In this document: positions 39,730 to 49,676 of the stretch, one piece after another
How the letters are laid out: every line of letters begins with the position of its first letter
How positions within the stretch are numbered: the stretch's first letter is position 1
Source: Psychrobacillus sp.
GTDB taxonomy: Bacteria > Bacillota > Bacilli > Bacillales_A > Planococcaceae
Reading direction: 5' to 3'
Length of the DNA: 64,000 bases
NCBI GenBank assembly: GCA_040274765.1
Contig: JBEMAY010000002.1
Location: 983-64,982, forward strand
Program-made: the position numbers and the translations under genes
The notes under the pieces: generated by a model
What the model was told of the DNA's origin: nothing
What the model saw: the letters and a program-made list of their open reading frames with translations, nothing else
Databases searched by the model: none

Positions 39730-40452
39730 TTAACTTCCATAAATAATAGTTACATGAGGATGTTTCTTCAAACAGCTAGCTGGGAATTCCTCGGAAATAC
39801 CTTGTTCCTGAATTCGCTTCAAAGTCGCTATTTTATTTTCACCAAAGGCCAATAGGACAATCTGCTTTGCCATCATAATAGTTTCAATACCCATCGTAAT
39901 TGCCAGCTCTGGGACTGACTTTCCTTCAGGAAAATATTTAGCATTATCCTGTTTAGTTTTATCAGCAAGCTCGACAACATGAGTTCTTGACTGAAAAGAC
40001 GTACCTGGCTCATTAAACCCAATATGCCCATTGACACCAATTCCTAATAGTTGAAGATCAATTCCACCTCTTTGTTCAATCTGCTTTTCATAACGGGTAC
40101 ATTCTTGCTCCAAATTCTCCGCTAAACCATTTGGAAGATGAACGTTCTCCTTTGGAATGTTTACATGCTTAAATAGATGCTCATGCATATACGTGTGATA
40201 ACTTGTAGCCTCCTCCGGCCCTATTCCTACGTATTCATCCAAGTTAAATGTACTTGCTTCTTCAAAAGAAATACCGCCTTTTATGTAGCATTGCACTAAC
40301 TCCTTATAAAAACCTACTGGAGTTCCTCCTGTTGCTAATCCTAATACACTATGTGGCTTTTCCATTAATTGCTTTTCAAAAATAGCAGCTGCTATTTTAC
40401 TCATTTCTTCATAAGTGTTAACTTCCAACCATGTTATATTACCTTTGCTCAT
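39730..40452 (-). CDS. nagB: Glucosamine-6-phosphate deaminase
   Basis: LGLATGGTP, TFNLDEYVG, LGIGVNGHIGFNEPG, AITMGI. Confidence 0.95.
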   Translation of the reverse strand: MSKGNITWLEVNTYEEMSKIAAAIFEKQLMEKPHSVLGLATGGTPVGFYKELVQCYIKGGISFEEASTFNLDEYVGIGPEEATSYHTYMHEHLFKHVNIPKENVHLPNGLAENLEQECTRYEKQIEQRGGIDLQLLGIGVNGHIGFNEPGTSFQSRTHVVELADKTKQDNAKYFPEGKSVPELAITMGIETIMMAKQIVLLAFGENKIATLKRIQEQGISEEFPASCLKKHPHVTIIYGS

Positions 40453-41611
40453 TAGAATAACTCAGCCTTCCTCTACAAAAAGTATATTGTACTTCAAAGG
40501 AGTCATTTAGCAATACAATGTCGGCATCTTTCCCAACAGCCAAACTTCCTTTACGATCATCTACCCCTAATCTTCTCGCTGCATTTGTTGAAGTAATCTT
40601 CACTAACTCATGAAGTGACAAATCCGTTAGGTTTTGAATCTTCTTTACCCCTTCATTCATTTTGAGCACACTTCCGGCTAATGTACCCGATTTTAAAGTA
40701 GCAGTTCGACCTACCACCTTGACCTCCTGATCGCCAAGTGAATAGTTTCCATCTGGAAGTCCCTTCGCTCGCATAGAATCTGTGATAAGAATGATTCTTT
40801 CTGATCCAATCACCTTAAACACTAATCGAAGCATGTCATCTGATAAATGTATGCCATCGGCAATAATCTCACAGCAGAGCGATTCATTCATGAAACCTGC
40901 TCCCACCATCCCAATTTCTCGATGGTGAATACCTGTCATAGCATTAGTATAGTGCGTTAAATGTGTTAACCCACTTCGTGCTGCGTCATTAATCTCCTTA
41001 TAGGAAGCTTTCGAATGACCTGCTGAGGAAATAACTCCTTTCTCTCTTAAATATTGAAGCATGACATGAGCTTCATCGAGCTCAGGTGCCAATGTAACCA
41101 CCTTTAAATGTGTTAGCTGTTCTCCAAACCATTTTTGTAAACTTTCAATGGATGGCTTTTGTATATACTGAACAGGCTGTGCTCCTGCTTGCTCCGGATG
41201 GATAAATGGCCCCTCTAAATGAAAGCCTAGCATTTCTGCTCCATAGCTAATTTCATTCTCTTCAAGAAATTTAGAGTTTACTTCTATCGCCCGCTTAATT
41301 CGCTCAGATGAGTGTGTGATAGTCGTTGCTAAAAATGAAGTAGTACCTTCTTGAGGTAGGTACTCCGCAATCTTTTTCGTTGCAGCAATTTCTCCATCCA
41401 TAAAATCAGCCCCTGTAGCCCCGTGTATATGGATATCAATAAAACCTGGTAGTGCAACGCATCCTTTACCATCGATGACTTCTCCAATAAATTCTGCTAT
41501 TTTACTTTCTGAGATTGATGCAATTTTTCCATCTTTAACGAGTATCTCCCCGTTTATCATTCGTCCATCCTCTATGCATATCTGAACGTTTTGGATAAGA
41601 TAATTACTCAT
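40439..41611 (-). CDS. nagA: N-acetylglucosamine-6-phosphate deacetylase
   Basis: PGFIDIHIHG, HLEGPF, TLAPE, IADGIH, LITDSM, LAGS; start set at ATG 41611 after AAAGGGGTG. Confidence 0.95.
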   Translation of the reverse strand: MSNYLIQNVQICIEDGRMINGEILVKDGKIASISESKIAEFIGEVIDGKGCVALPGFIDIHIHGATGADFMDGEIAATKKIAEYLPQEGTTSFLATTITHSSERIKRAIEVNSKFLEENEISYGAEMLGFHLEGPFIHPEQAGAQPVQYIQKPSIESLQKWFGEQLTHLKVVTLAPELDEAHVMLQYLREKGVISSAGHSKASYKEINDAARSGLTHLTHYTNAMTGIHHREIGMVGAGFMNESLCCEIIADGIHLSDDMLRLVFKVIGSERIILITDSMRAKGLPDGNYSLGDQEVKVVGRTATLKSGTLAGSVLKMNEGVKKIQNLTDLSLHELVKITSTNAARRLGVDDRKGSLAVGKDADIVLLNDSFEVQYTFCRGRLSYSNEQR

Positions 41612-41907
41612 AGGCACCCCTTTCTAAATACATACTACTATAAATAAATTAGATATTTCTAAATAATCATATAATAATTCCTCTTATAATTATATACTTA
41701 AATTCTCTGAAAGTAGATTCTCATTTTTTAAATAGGGTACGTTTAAAGAAAGAGGCGATCCTGTAGTCACTTTTATAAAGACAGACTAAAAGATCGTAAA
41801 TTATTAATTTGCTTTAAATAATAACAGTCCAAGAAAATAAATGTAAAAATGATACAAGCAGTATATCCACTTTTATTGTATGATAATTAAAAGTAAGGAG
41901 GAATATT

Positions 41908-42606
41908 ATGCCAGAATTATATTCTAAAAAATACCACCCCTCAATTGATAAAGTGATTGTACAAACCTTAGAAAGAGATGGGGTTGATAAAGCATTAATG
42001 GAAGACACATTAGTAAAAATGTCTAAAATTGAAGCCATGGATCGGTATTTTGAAGAAATAGATGCAACTACTGAATCTATCGCCCATTATATATATTATG
42101 CTTTTTACATAGATTTAAATAAAGCATATTTGCTAGATATGGAAATTACTGAAAAGCTGAAAGAACCTTCTCCAAAGGCGGCCATTACATGGTCATTAGA
42201 AAATCAACAGCAAGATTGGACCGGCGAACAGATTCGCAATCTTCTTCTAAAACTATTTGGTATAAATACGAATGGACTTGCCTTTTTAGAGAACAAAAGA
42301 ATTTCCTTATATTCTAAAAAGCAATGGATTTTAAAACAGGACAACGATTTGTTTATCGTTTCTACTGGGGTAAAAGATATTGATGTTTACATCTTAGCAA
42401 CAGATTATTTTAAACAAAAGACTGGATTGGATGGTTTACCAAAAAATTTACACGAAAAGCTAAATGAGCTAGGGTTCACTTATAACGAAGAAAAAATGTG
42501 TTACTATTATTGCACAGAAAATGATCAATCAGTAGAAGATTCATTTAAAGGTCAGGTATTAAATAGCTTAATAGAAGCAGCACGCACGACATATGATAAT
42601 TTATAA
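41908..42606 (+). CDS. Hypothetical protein
   Basis: 232-aa ORF with AAGGAGG RBS; no family recognised. Confidence 0.7.
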   Translation: MPELYSKKYHPSIDKVIVQTLERDGVDKALMEDTLVKMSKIEAMDRYFEEIDATTESIAHYIYYAFYIDLNKAYLLDMEITEKLKEPSPKAAITWSLENQQQDWTGEQIRNLLLKLFGINTNGLAFLENKRISLYSKKQWILKQDNDLFIVSTGVKDIDVYILATDYFKQKTGLDGLPKNLHEKLNELGFTYNEEKMCYYYCTENDQSVEDSFKGQVLNSLIEAARTTYDNL

Positions 42607-42646
42607 AATACAAAAGCTCCGTTGCTTGAACGTATAAAATTATACA

Positions 42647-42684
42647 AAAGCTCCTACCTCGAAACACAGAGATAGGAGCCTTTT
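42647..42684. terminator. Probable bidirectional terminator
   Basis: AAAAGCTCCTACCTC...GAGATAGGAGCCTTTT imperfect hairpin between convergent genes. Confidence 0.6.
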
Positions 42685-42691
42685 ATATGGA

Positions 42692-44329
42692 TTATTTTCC
42701 AAAGGATGATAGAAATTTAACTCGATCCCCCATTGGAGGAATGCTATTATCCACCAAAGAAATTTCTAAAACAGTAGGACCATTCATCTGCAGAAGGCCA
42801 TTAATGACTTCCTCATTCAAGTCACCCATTTCCTCTATGCGGACGCTAGGAATGTTCATCGCTGCTGCCATTGCTGCAATGTTAATCGGCTCTTGCGCAA
42901 AGGTTGGGTGAACCCTTTTATATTGCAGATTATGTCCATGGTAAACCATGCCTAAGCGAGCATTGTTCATTACAACAAATAGAACTGGAATGTTGTATTC
43001 CTTAGCAGTCAAAATTTCCATTCCGTGCATAAAAAAGCATCCATCACCGGTAATGGCCACTGTAGGACGATCTGGTTCGGCAAGCTTGGCGCCTATTGCA
43101 GAACCAATACCACTACCCATTGCTCCGAAGTGGACATTTATATCAAAGGTACTGTATTCCAGGACATCCATATCATGTATGACGTAAGCCATAAACTCCC
43201 CAATATCTATTGTGTACCGAGTAGACGAAGGAAGGTACGATTGTAACTGAAGTAGCACATTCTTAGTAGTGTAATCCTCACGATTAAGTACATCATTAGC
43301 TTTTCTATTAAAAGCCATCTCTTTTCTGGTTAATCCAAGAGCCTTGAGCTCTTCTATTAAGGCAGAAAGGCTCAATTGAATATCACCTAGAACAGGAAGA
43401 TCAATCGGATACTTACGATTAAAGACGGTTTCATCAAAATCCATTTGGACCGTAAATCGTCCATCCGTCAGGCTACCGTTATAGTTATTCGTAGCTGTCT
43501 CCCCGAGACTTGAACCAATGATTAGCAGGGATTTCCCATCCCCATCATTTATAAGCTTAGTTGCTTGCTCTGTAGCCGCAAATCCAAATACTCCCGCAGA
43601 TAATGGATGATCTTGACGAACATAGCCCTTTGCGACAGGCGTTGTCATTATCGGCCACTCGAGCATCTCTGCCAACTCAAAAAGCAAATCAACTGAATTT
43701 CTAACTCCTTGGCCTACAAATATGTAACCACTTTTTCTTTCCAATAATTCTTTAGCTACCTGTTTAATTATGTCGAGATTTGGTATCACTTCTTCTCTTA
43801 CTAACATAGTAGGAATCTCTTCGTTACTACTCGGACCTTGTTGGACATCGATAGGCATAGCCACATGGACTGGTCCAGGAACACCTGAAACTGCTATTTT
43901 TGTAGCCTTAATAATTTCCTTTAATAAATCCTTTGAATCTCTCACTGTAACACTATATTTTGTCACAGAATGATAAATTGGATCGGCATCAAGCTCCTGT
44001 GAAGCATTCAAGCCTTCTGTACTTACCGGCACAGCTCCAGTTAAAAACAAAATTGGCAAGTGCTCTCTCATTGCATTGGCTGCACCTGTAACCAGGTTAG
44101 TACCCCCAGGACCGCTACTTCCAATACATACACTCAGCTGATTCGAGTATTTTGCATAGGCTGCCGCCATGTATGAGGCTGCACCCTCATGCTTAGTGAT
44201 AATAGGCGTAATCTCCGGCATATCATATAATTCATTAAAAAATGCATTTACAGAGCCAGCGGGTATCCCAAAAACGTGTTGTACTCCAATCCCCTTTAAG
44301 TATTCCAACACTGAACGAACAGCTTTCAT
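42692..44329 (-). CDS. Thiamine diphosphate-dependent enzyme (acetolactate synthase-like fold, orphan)
   Basis: VFGIPAG, catalytic Glu in KHEGAA, SGPGGTN, ThDP motif GDGCFFM...MNNARLGMV. Confidence 0.88.
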   Translation of the reverse strand: MKAVRSVLEYLKGIGVQHVFGIPAGSVNAFFNELYDMPEITPIITKHEGAASYMAAAYAKYSNQLSVCIGSSGPGGTNLVTGAANAMREHLPILFLTGAVPVSTEGLNASQELDADPIYHSVTKYSVTVRDSKDLLKEIIKATKIAVSGVPGPVHVAMPIDVQQGPSSNEEIPTMLVREEVIPNLDIIKQVAKELLERKSGYIFVGQGVRNSVDLLFELAEMLEWPIMTTPVAKGYVRQDHPLSAGVFGFAATEQATKLINDGDGKSLLIIGSSLGETATNNYNGSLTDGRFTVQMDFDETVFNRKYPIDLPVLGDIQLSLSALIEELKALGLTRKEMAFNRKANDVLNREDYTTKNVLLQLQSYLPSSTRYTIDIGEFMAYVIHDMDVLEYSTFDINVHFGAMGSGIGSAIGAKLAEPDRPTVAITGDGCFFMHGMEILTAKEYNIPVLFVVMNNARLGMVYHGHNLQYKRVHPTFAQEPINIAAMAAAMNIPSVRIEEMGDLNEEVINGLLQMNGPTVLEISLVDNSIPPMGDRVKFLSSFGK

Positions 44330-44346
44330 CCCATTTCCCCCTAATT

Positions 44347-47085
44347 TTAAATCAAATATTCATCCTTCAATGCACCTGCATTTAAAGGAACACTAAAGTA
44401 ATAACCTTGCATTAAATAACAGCCCTTCGACAAAAGAAAATCTAATTGCCCCTTTGTTTCGACACCTTCAGCAATTACATTAAGCTTTAAATTTTCTGCT
44501 AATGTAATGATCGTATTGGTAATAGCTGAATTACTATCATCATCTTCTCTAATATCCTGAATAAATGATTTATCAATTTTCAATGCGTCAATTGGGAAAT
44601 TCTTAAGATATCCTAACGAGGAATAACCTGTTCCAAAGTCATCGATCGCTATCTTTACCCCAATTTCCTTAAGTTGTTTCATCATTTTAACAGTCAAATC
44701 TTTATTTTTAATGATTTGATTTTCCGTTAGCTCTAAATGTAAAAATTCTGGTGCTAAGCTAACTTCAGATAAAATTCTTTGAACCACCTCAACTAAATCA
44801 TTTTCTTCAAATTGTCTGCTTGATAAGTTTACAGACACACTCATAAAGTCATTTCCTTCTTTATGCCACTCTTTTAACTGCTTACAGGCATTCTCCAGAA
44901 CCCATTCTCCAATCGGCACAATTAGCCCTGTATCCTCTGCAATTGGTATAAAATCTGCAGGAGATATCATCCCTTTTGTCGGGTGTATCCATCTTAAAAG
45001 AGCTTCCACTCCTATTATTTCGTTCGTCCTACTATCTATTTGCGGCTGATAATACACATCCAATTCGTTTCGATCAAGCGCCTTATATAGAGCATTTTCT
45101 AGCTTAATACTTTCTAATGATCGGGTATTCATCTCTTGTTCAAAGAAATGATAGCCCGTTCCTGACTTTTCCTTGGATTTGTACATCGCTGCATCTGCAT
45201 TCTTTATTAGTACTTCCACATCAACGCCATCTTTAGGGAACATGCTTATTCCTATACTAGTCTTAATATAAATCTCATTTCCCATTAACGAAAAAGGTTG
45301 CGAGAATATCTCGGAAATCTGCTCTATAGCATCGAGCACGTCCTTTTTAGATTGAATATTAGGCAAGACGACAGTAAACTCATCTCCGCCTTGTCTGGAT
45401 GCAATAGCATCTTTTGGGAGGACCATTTGAATACGGCTAGCTACTTCTCTAAGCAACAAGTCGCCATAGCTATGTCCTAAACTATCATTTACTAACTTAA
45501 AACGATCTAAGTCTAAGTATAAAACTGCCCCTTGTTGTTCCTTGTCTTCTAATATTTTTTTTAGCTTATCATTTAACAAAACTCTGTTTGGAAGATTTGT
45601 TAAACTATCATAATAAGCCAAGTATTTAATCTCTTCTTCCATTTTCTTTCTTTCCGTAATGTCTTTGAATGTTACAACGTGTCCAATGACATTCCCATCT
45701 TCTACAATTGAGGATAGCACATATTCTACAGCTAATTTTGTTTTATCTTTCTTACAAAACATTTGAACTGTTTCTCCAAAGGTTGAATGTTCGGGCTCTT
45801 CACAAATAATACTAGAAGATAGAGTACCGATCAGTTCTCCCTTGTCATAACCGAGCATCATTTCGCTGGCTGGATTACAAAACGTAATTTTTCCGCACAA
45901 ATCTATACCAAAAATTCCTTCACCTGCAGAGTTTAATATTAATTCTTTCTCATTACTAAGATGCTGAAGCTCATGAACAACTCTTTCCAGCTCCCTATTT
46001 TTTACACGTATTTCAGAGGTCCTCTCTTCTATAATAGTCTCCTGCTTATCCATGAAAAGCATATTAGAAAGACTAGCTGCAGTTGCATCTACAATGGATT
46101 GGGCTAAAAGTATATCAGACTCAGAATAGTTTATTTCTTCATCATCTAAATTTACTACAGCAATTACCCCTAGTACTTCTCCCATCGTCACTAATGGCCA
46201 CAGATAAATTCCCTTTATACCAAACGTTCTACAGGCCTCGTGATTAGGACGATCATCTATAAAAACATTAGGTATCATAATTGCTTTTTTAGTCTTAATG
46301 ACTTCTTGAAATGCAAGATCATTTTCATCTACCTCTAATTTTTCATGGGTGCTTATCCACTCTTCTTCCGTCCAATCACTATTTTGACTGAGACTTGCTG
46401 GCTTAATATTCTTATCAGCCATAGGATCCAATAAATGAACTCCAATATTATAGTTACCTAATACTTTACCTACATAGAAAAAACAACGATCTATTACTTC
46501 CTGCATCGTGGAACACATAGATAGTTCCCTAGTATGATCTAGCAGCAATTGTTTTTCCGCTATTAGGTTCTCTTTTCTAGTGAGATTAGTAGCATTTTGA
46601 ATGGCAACCCCAGCCATATTCACATAGGCCTCTACGGTTTGAATCTCATCTTCTGTCAGATTCATCGGAGTGCCATAATCGAATAAAAATACTAGTCCAA
46701 AAAGCTCGTCTTCAAATGAGATAGGGAGAGCTAATAAAGATTTTATATGAAATGCTTTAACATTCCTTGGATCAGGTCTGGTATCCTTTGAAGTATCTGG
46801 TATATATATAGTTTTTTGTGTTTCTATTACTTCCTTAGCAAGCAAGTCATATTCAGTCTCAATTACGTGCATATCTAACGTAAATCCATTAATATATTCA
46901 GGTTTCCCTACGAATCCCCTAAATTGCCCATCCTGCTGCGGTAAATAAATCCCTACAGAATCACATTGAACAATTTCCTCAGATATAGCCTTGACGACTT
47001 GCTCCAATACCTCTCTAAGTTCTAGCTTTGTATTAATCAGCTTAGTTATATGGGCCAGACGAGAATATCTCGTTTGCTCTCTCAC
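44347..47085 (-). CDS. GAF-GAF-PAS-GGDEF-EAL c-di-GMP enzyme
   Basis: Two GAF repeats, PAS (EGIFGID...FCNPASE, FKDITERK), YDSLTNLPNR, RQGGDEF, EALLRW, DDFGTGYSS; GTG start with GGAGG. Confidence 0.92.
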   Translation of the reverse strand: MREQTRYSRLAHITKLINTKLELREVLEQVVKAISEEIVQCDSVGIYLPQQDGQFRGFVGKPEYINGFTLDMHVIETEYDLLAKEVIETQKTIYIPDTSKDTRPDPRNVKAFHIKSLLALPISFEDELFGLVFLFDYGTPMNLTEDEIQTVEAYVNMAGVAIQNATNLTRKENLIAEKQLLLDHTRELSMCSTMQEVIDRCFFYVGKVLGNYNIGVHLLDPMADKNIKPASLSQNSDWTEEEWISTHEKLEVDENDLAFQEVIKTKKAIMIPNVFIDDRPNHEACRTFGIKGIYLWPLVTMGEVLGVIAVVNLDDEEINYSESDILLAQSIVDATAASLSNMLFMDKQETIIEERTSEIRVKNRELERVVHELQHLSNEKELILNSAGEGIFGIDLCGKITFCNPASEMMLGYDKGELIGTLSSSIICEEPEHSTFGETVQMFCKKDKTKLAVEYVLSSIVEDGNVIGHVVTFKDITERKKMEEEIKYLAYYDSLTNLPNRVLLNDKLKKILEDKEQQGAVLYLDLDRFKLVNDSLGHSYGDLLLREVASRIQMVLPKDAIASRQGGDEFTVVLPNIQSKKDVLDAIEQISEIFSQPFSLMGNEIYIKTSIGISMFPKDGVDVEVLIKNADAAMYKSKEKSGTGYHFFEQEMNTRSLESIKLENALYKALDRNELDVYYQPQIDSRTNEIIGVEALLRWIHPTKGMISPADFIPIAEDTGLIVPIGEWVLENACKQLKEWHKEGNDFMSVSVNLSSRQFEENDLVEVVQRILSEVSLAPEFLHLELTENQIIKNKDLTVKMMKQLKEIGVKIAIDDFGTGYSSLGYLKNFPIDALKIDKSFIQDIREDDDSNSAITNTIITLAENLKLNVIAEGVETKGQLDFLLSKGCYLMQGYYFSVPLNAGALKDEYLI

Positions 47086-47616
47086 AATAAAGTACCTCCA
47101 TTTTTAATAATCTATAATCTTTTCATATAGATTAATTAATATCTATATTAACACCTTTTTTTGTAAATAAATCAGACATTTTCATTATGTTTAATAATAA
47201 ACAAAAAATAATCAATTTTATATCTTTTTTAACAAAGAAATAAACTTAACTATTAATACCTTCCCTTTTTTCATTTAATTTAAACTAAATTTTTAGACCT
47301 TATTGCCTATTACCTTCTAATGTTTATATATTATTTTCCCTGCCTAATAAGTAGTATAAAAACAAAAAGGATGAACATATAGTCCATCCTTAGAGTTCTT
47401 TATCTTTATCAAATTATATAGAAATCTTTTTTTAGAATCCTAAGTGTACGCAGAGTTAGCGCTTTTGTGAGGCTGGTTTGTATCTCTGCAAGTCACTGCA
47501 AGATTCACCTTAGTCTCTGCAAGGTTTACAATTTTCAATGCAACATTCGGCCTTCTGTCCAAAGCTTACACTAAATTCTAGCTTAGTAATGTTCTCCTTC
47601 ACTATAAGCTAGTAGT

Positions 47617-48402
47617 TTACCAAACCATTCGCTGTTTACGCCCTCCCCCCTGATTCTCTCGATAATTTTTCTCTTTACCTATCCCTAAATAATGTTCCTT
47701 TACTTCTGAATTTAATAGAAGACTTGAAGCATCCCCCTGTAAAGCTACTCTGCCATTTTCCATGATATACCCGTAGTCTGCTATCGATAAAGCAACGTTA
47801 GCATTCTGTTCAACAACTAAGATAGAAGTGCCTTCCTCTTCGTTGATTTGCTTTATATTTTGAAATATTTCCTTTACTAACAAGGGTGCTATTCCTAAGG
47901 ATGGTTCATCTAATAGCAGTAGCTTTGGCTTAGCCATAATTCCTCTTCCTATTGCGAGCATCTGTTGCTCCCCGCCCGAAAGGAAGCCAGCCTTACGGGA
48001 AGCTAGAGGTTTTAACTTCGGAAAATAGCCATAGATTTTGTCTATATCCTTTTTTATATTAGAACGATCCTTTCTAGTAAATGCCCCGGCAACAAGGTTT
48101 TCCTCTACTGTCAAATCCTTAAAAACACGTCGCCCCTCCATACATAAGAAAATACCTTTTCTTACTATCACATCTGGCGTTAGCCCCTTTAATGATTTAT
48201 CTTCAAATTCGATCGTTCCATCGGTAAGCTGCCCATCTTCTGCATAAAGCAAACCAGAAATTGCTTTTAAGGTTGTAGATTTCCCTGCCCCGTTACTGCC
48301 TAAAAGGGCAACGATATCTCCAGCTGGGACCTGAAGGGTCGTTCCTTTTAAAGCTAAAATAATTTTTGAGTAAACAGCTTCTATATTATTTACCTTTAGC
48401 AT
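47617..48402 (-). CDS. Branched-chain-type ABC ATPase (LivF-like)
   Basis: GSNGAGKST, LSGGEQQML, LLDEPSLG; second ATG chosen for RBS spacing. Confidence 0.9.
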   Translation of the reverse strand: MLKVNNIEAVYSKIILALKGTTLQVPAGDIVALLGSNGAGKSTTLKAISGLLYAEDGQLTDGTIEFEDKSLKGLTPDVIVRKGIFLCMEGRRVFKDLTVEENLVAGAFTRKDRSNIKKDIDKIYGYFPKLKPLASRKAGFLSGGEQQMLAIGRGIMAKPKLLLLDEPSLGIAPLLVKEIFQNIKQINEEEGTSILVVEQNANVALSIADYGYIMENGRVALQGDASSLLLNSEVKEHYLGIGKEKNYRENQGGGRKQRMVW

Positions 48403-48424
48403 TCCCATTCCCCTCTTTTCAAGC

Positions 48425-49657
48425 TTAGTCCTTGTAACTAAAGTAATCAGTCAAAGGCTCCCATTTTCCGCCCTTCACGATTCCAAGACGGGTCTGCTCC
48501 GTACCTGTATGATTGTCTTCACTGAAGCTGACAGGTGCCCCCAATCCGCCAAGGTCAAAGTTATTTAAGGATTCTAGACCTGATCTGATTTCTTCACCAG
48601 TAATTTCGCCATCCGGATGTTTTTTTGCTGCTGCTTCTATTCCAGCAACCATAATTTTAGCAGCAGACCACCCTTGGATAAATTTTTGGTTTATATCCTC
48701 TAGCGTTTTTCCCTCACCTTTTAAATATTCCTCTACCTCCGCCATTCCCGGTTGATCCTCATATGGTAAAGCGTGAGAAAGAATACCAATATAGCCCTCT
48801 GCCACTTCTTCACCTACTATGGTAATGACTCCCTCACCAGAAGCCCAGTTTAGCCCGATAAACTGAGTGTCAATGTTTAGTGTTTTAGCATCTCTCAGAA
48901 TAGTAGCTGTTGCACCCCACGTTTCCTGAATAATGGCATAATCCGGATTTTTCTTTTCCATATTCAATAGCTGAGATTGTGCTTCAGTCGCTTGAACGTC
49001 CACAATTTGTTCGTCCACTACTTTAATACCAATTTCTGCAGCGTAAGCTTTGATGTCTTCAATTGGCGAACGACCAAAAGCAGTATCGTTATATAACAAT
49101 GCGACTGTTGGATCTGACCCTTTATGATTATCCTTAATCCACTTAAGTACCGTTCTACCCTGGTCGGAGTAAGAAGCTGCAACTAGGAAATTATAAGGGC
49201 TTTCCTCGAGGTTTTTTAAATTTTCAGAGTAGGAAGCAGAAAAGAATGGAAGTTTATCATTTGCCACTTGTTGACGCAAAGCTTCTGTGTCTCCAGTCCC
49301 CCAACCAAGCACAGCAGAAACCTTTTCTTTATCTCGTAGCTCCTGATAAATCTTTTGGGCCTCTGGTATAGAATAAGCGTAATCCTTTCCATTCAAAACT
49401 AAGTCCACACCCTCTATTTCACCTTTATCTTTTACATACTCGAAATATGCTTTTTCTCCTTCTGCATAAGGTGTTCCAACGTCTCCTGTGCCACCCGTAA
49501 TATCATAAAGGCCACCTACAACTACCTTCCTTGCCCCATCACTACCCTCCGTTGTACCTTCCTCTGCACACGCCCCTAGTAGTAACACTAGCAAAATCCC
49601 CATAATTGTTTTGACTAATCTATTATTCTTCAACTGTATACTCACTCCCCTGCTCAT
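48425..49657 (-). CDS. Liv-type (PBP6) ABC substrate-binding lipoprotein
   Basis: Lipobox LLGAC, GWGTGDTEAL; true start probably TTG 49633. Confidence 0.85.
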   Translation of the reverse strand: MSRGVSIQLKNNRLVKTIMGILLVLLLGACAEEGTTEGSDGARKVVVGGLYDITGGTGDVGTPYAEGEKAYFEYVKDKGEIEGVDLVLNGKDYAYSIPEAQKIYQELRDKEKVSAVLGWGTGDTEALRQQVANDKLPFFSASYSENLKNLEESPYNFLVAASYSDQGRTVLKWIKDNHKGSDPTVALLYNDTAFGRSPIEDIKAYAAEIGIKVVDEQIVDVQATEAQSQLLNMEKKNPDYAIIQETWGATATILRDAKTLNIDTQFIGLNWASGEGVITIVGEEVAEGYIGILSHALPYEDQPGMAEVEEYLKGEGKTLEDINQKFIQGWSAAKIMVAGIEAAAKKHPDGEITGEEIRSGLESLNNFDLGGLGAPVSFSEDNHTGTEQTRLGIVKGGKWEPLTDYFSYKD

Positions 49658-49676
49658 AATGAAATACTAGAACGAT

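Noticed and set aside
42692-44329. Annotation as ilvB or alsS
   Set aside because: There is no small subunit, ilvC or alsD nearby, so only fold-level similarity is supportable.
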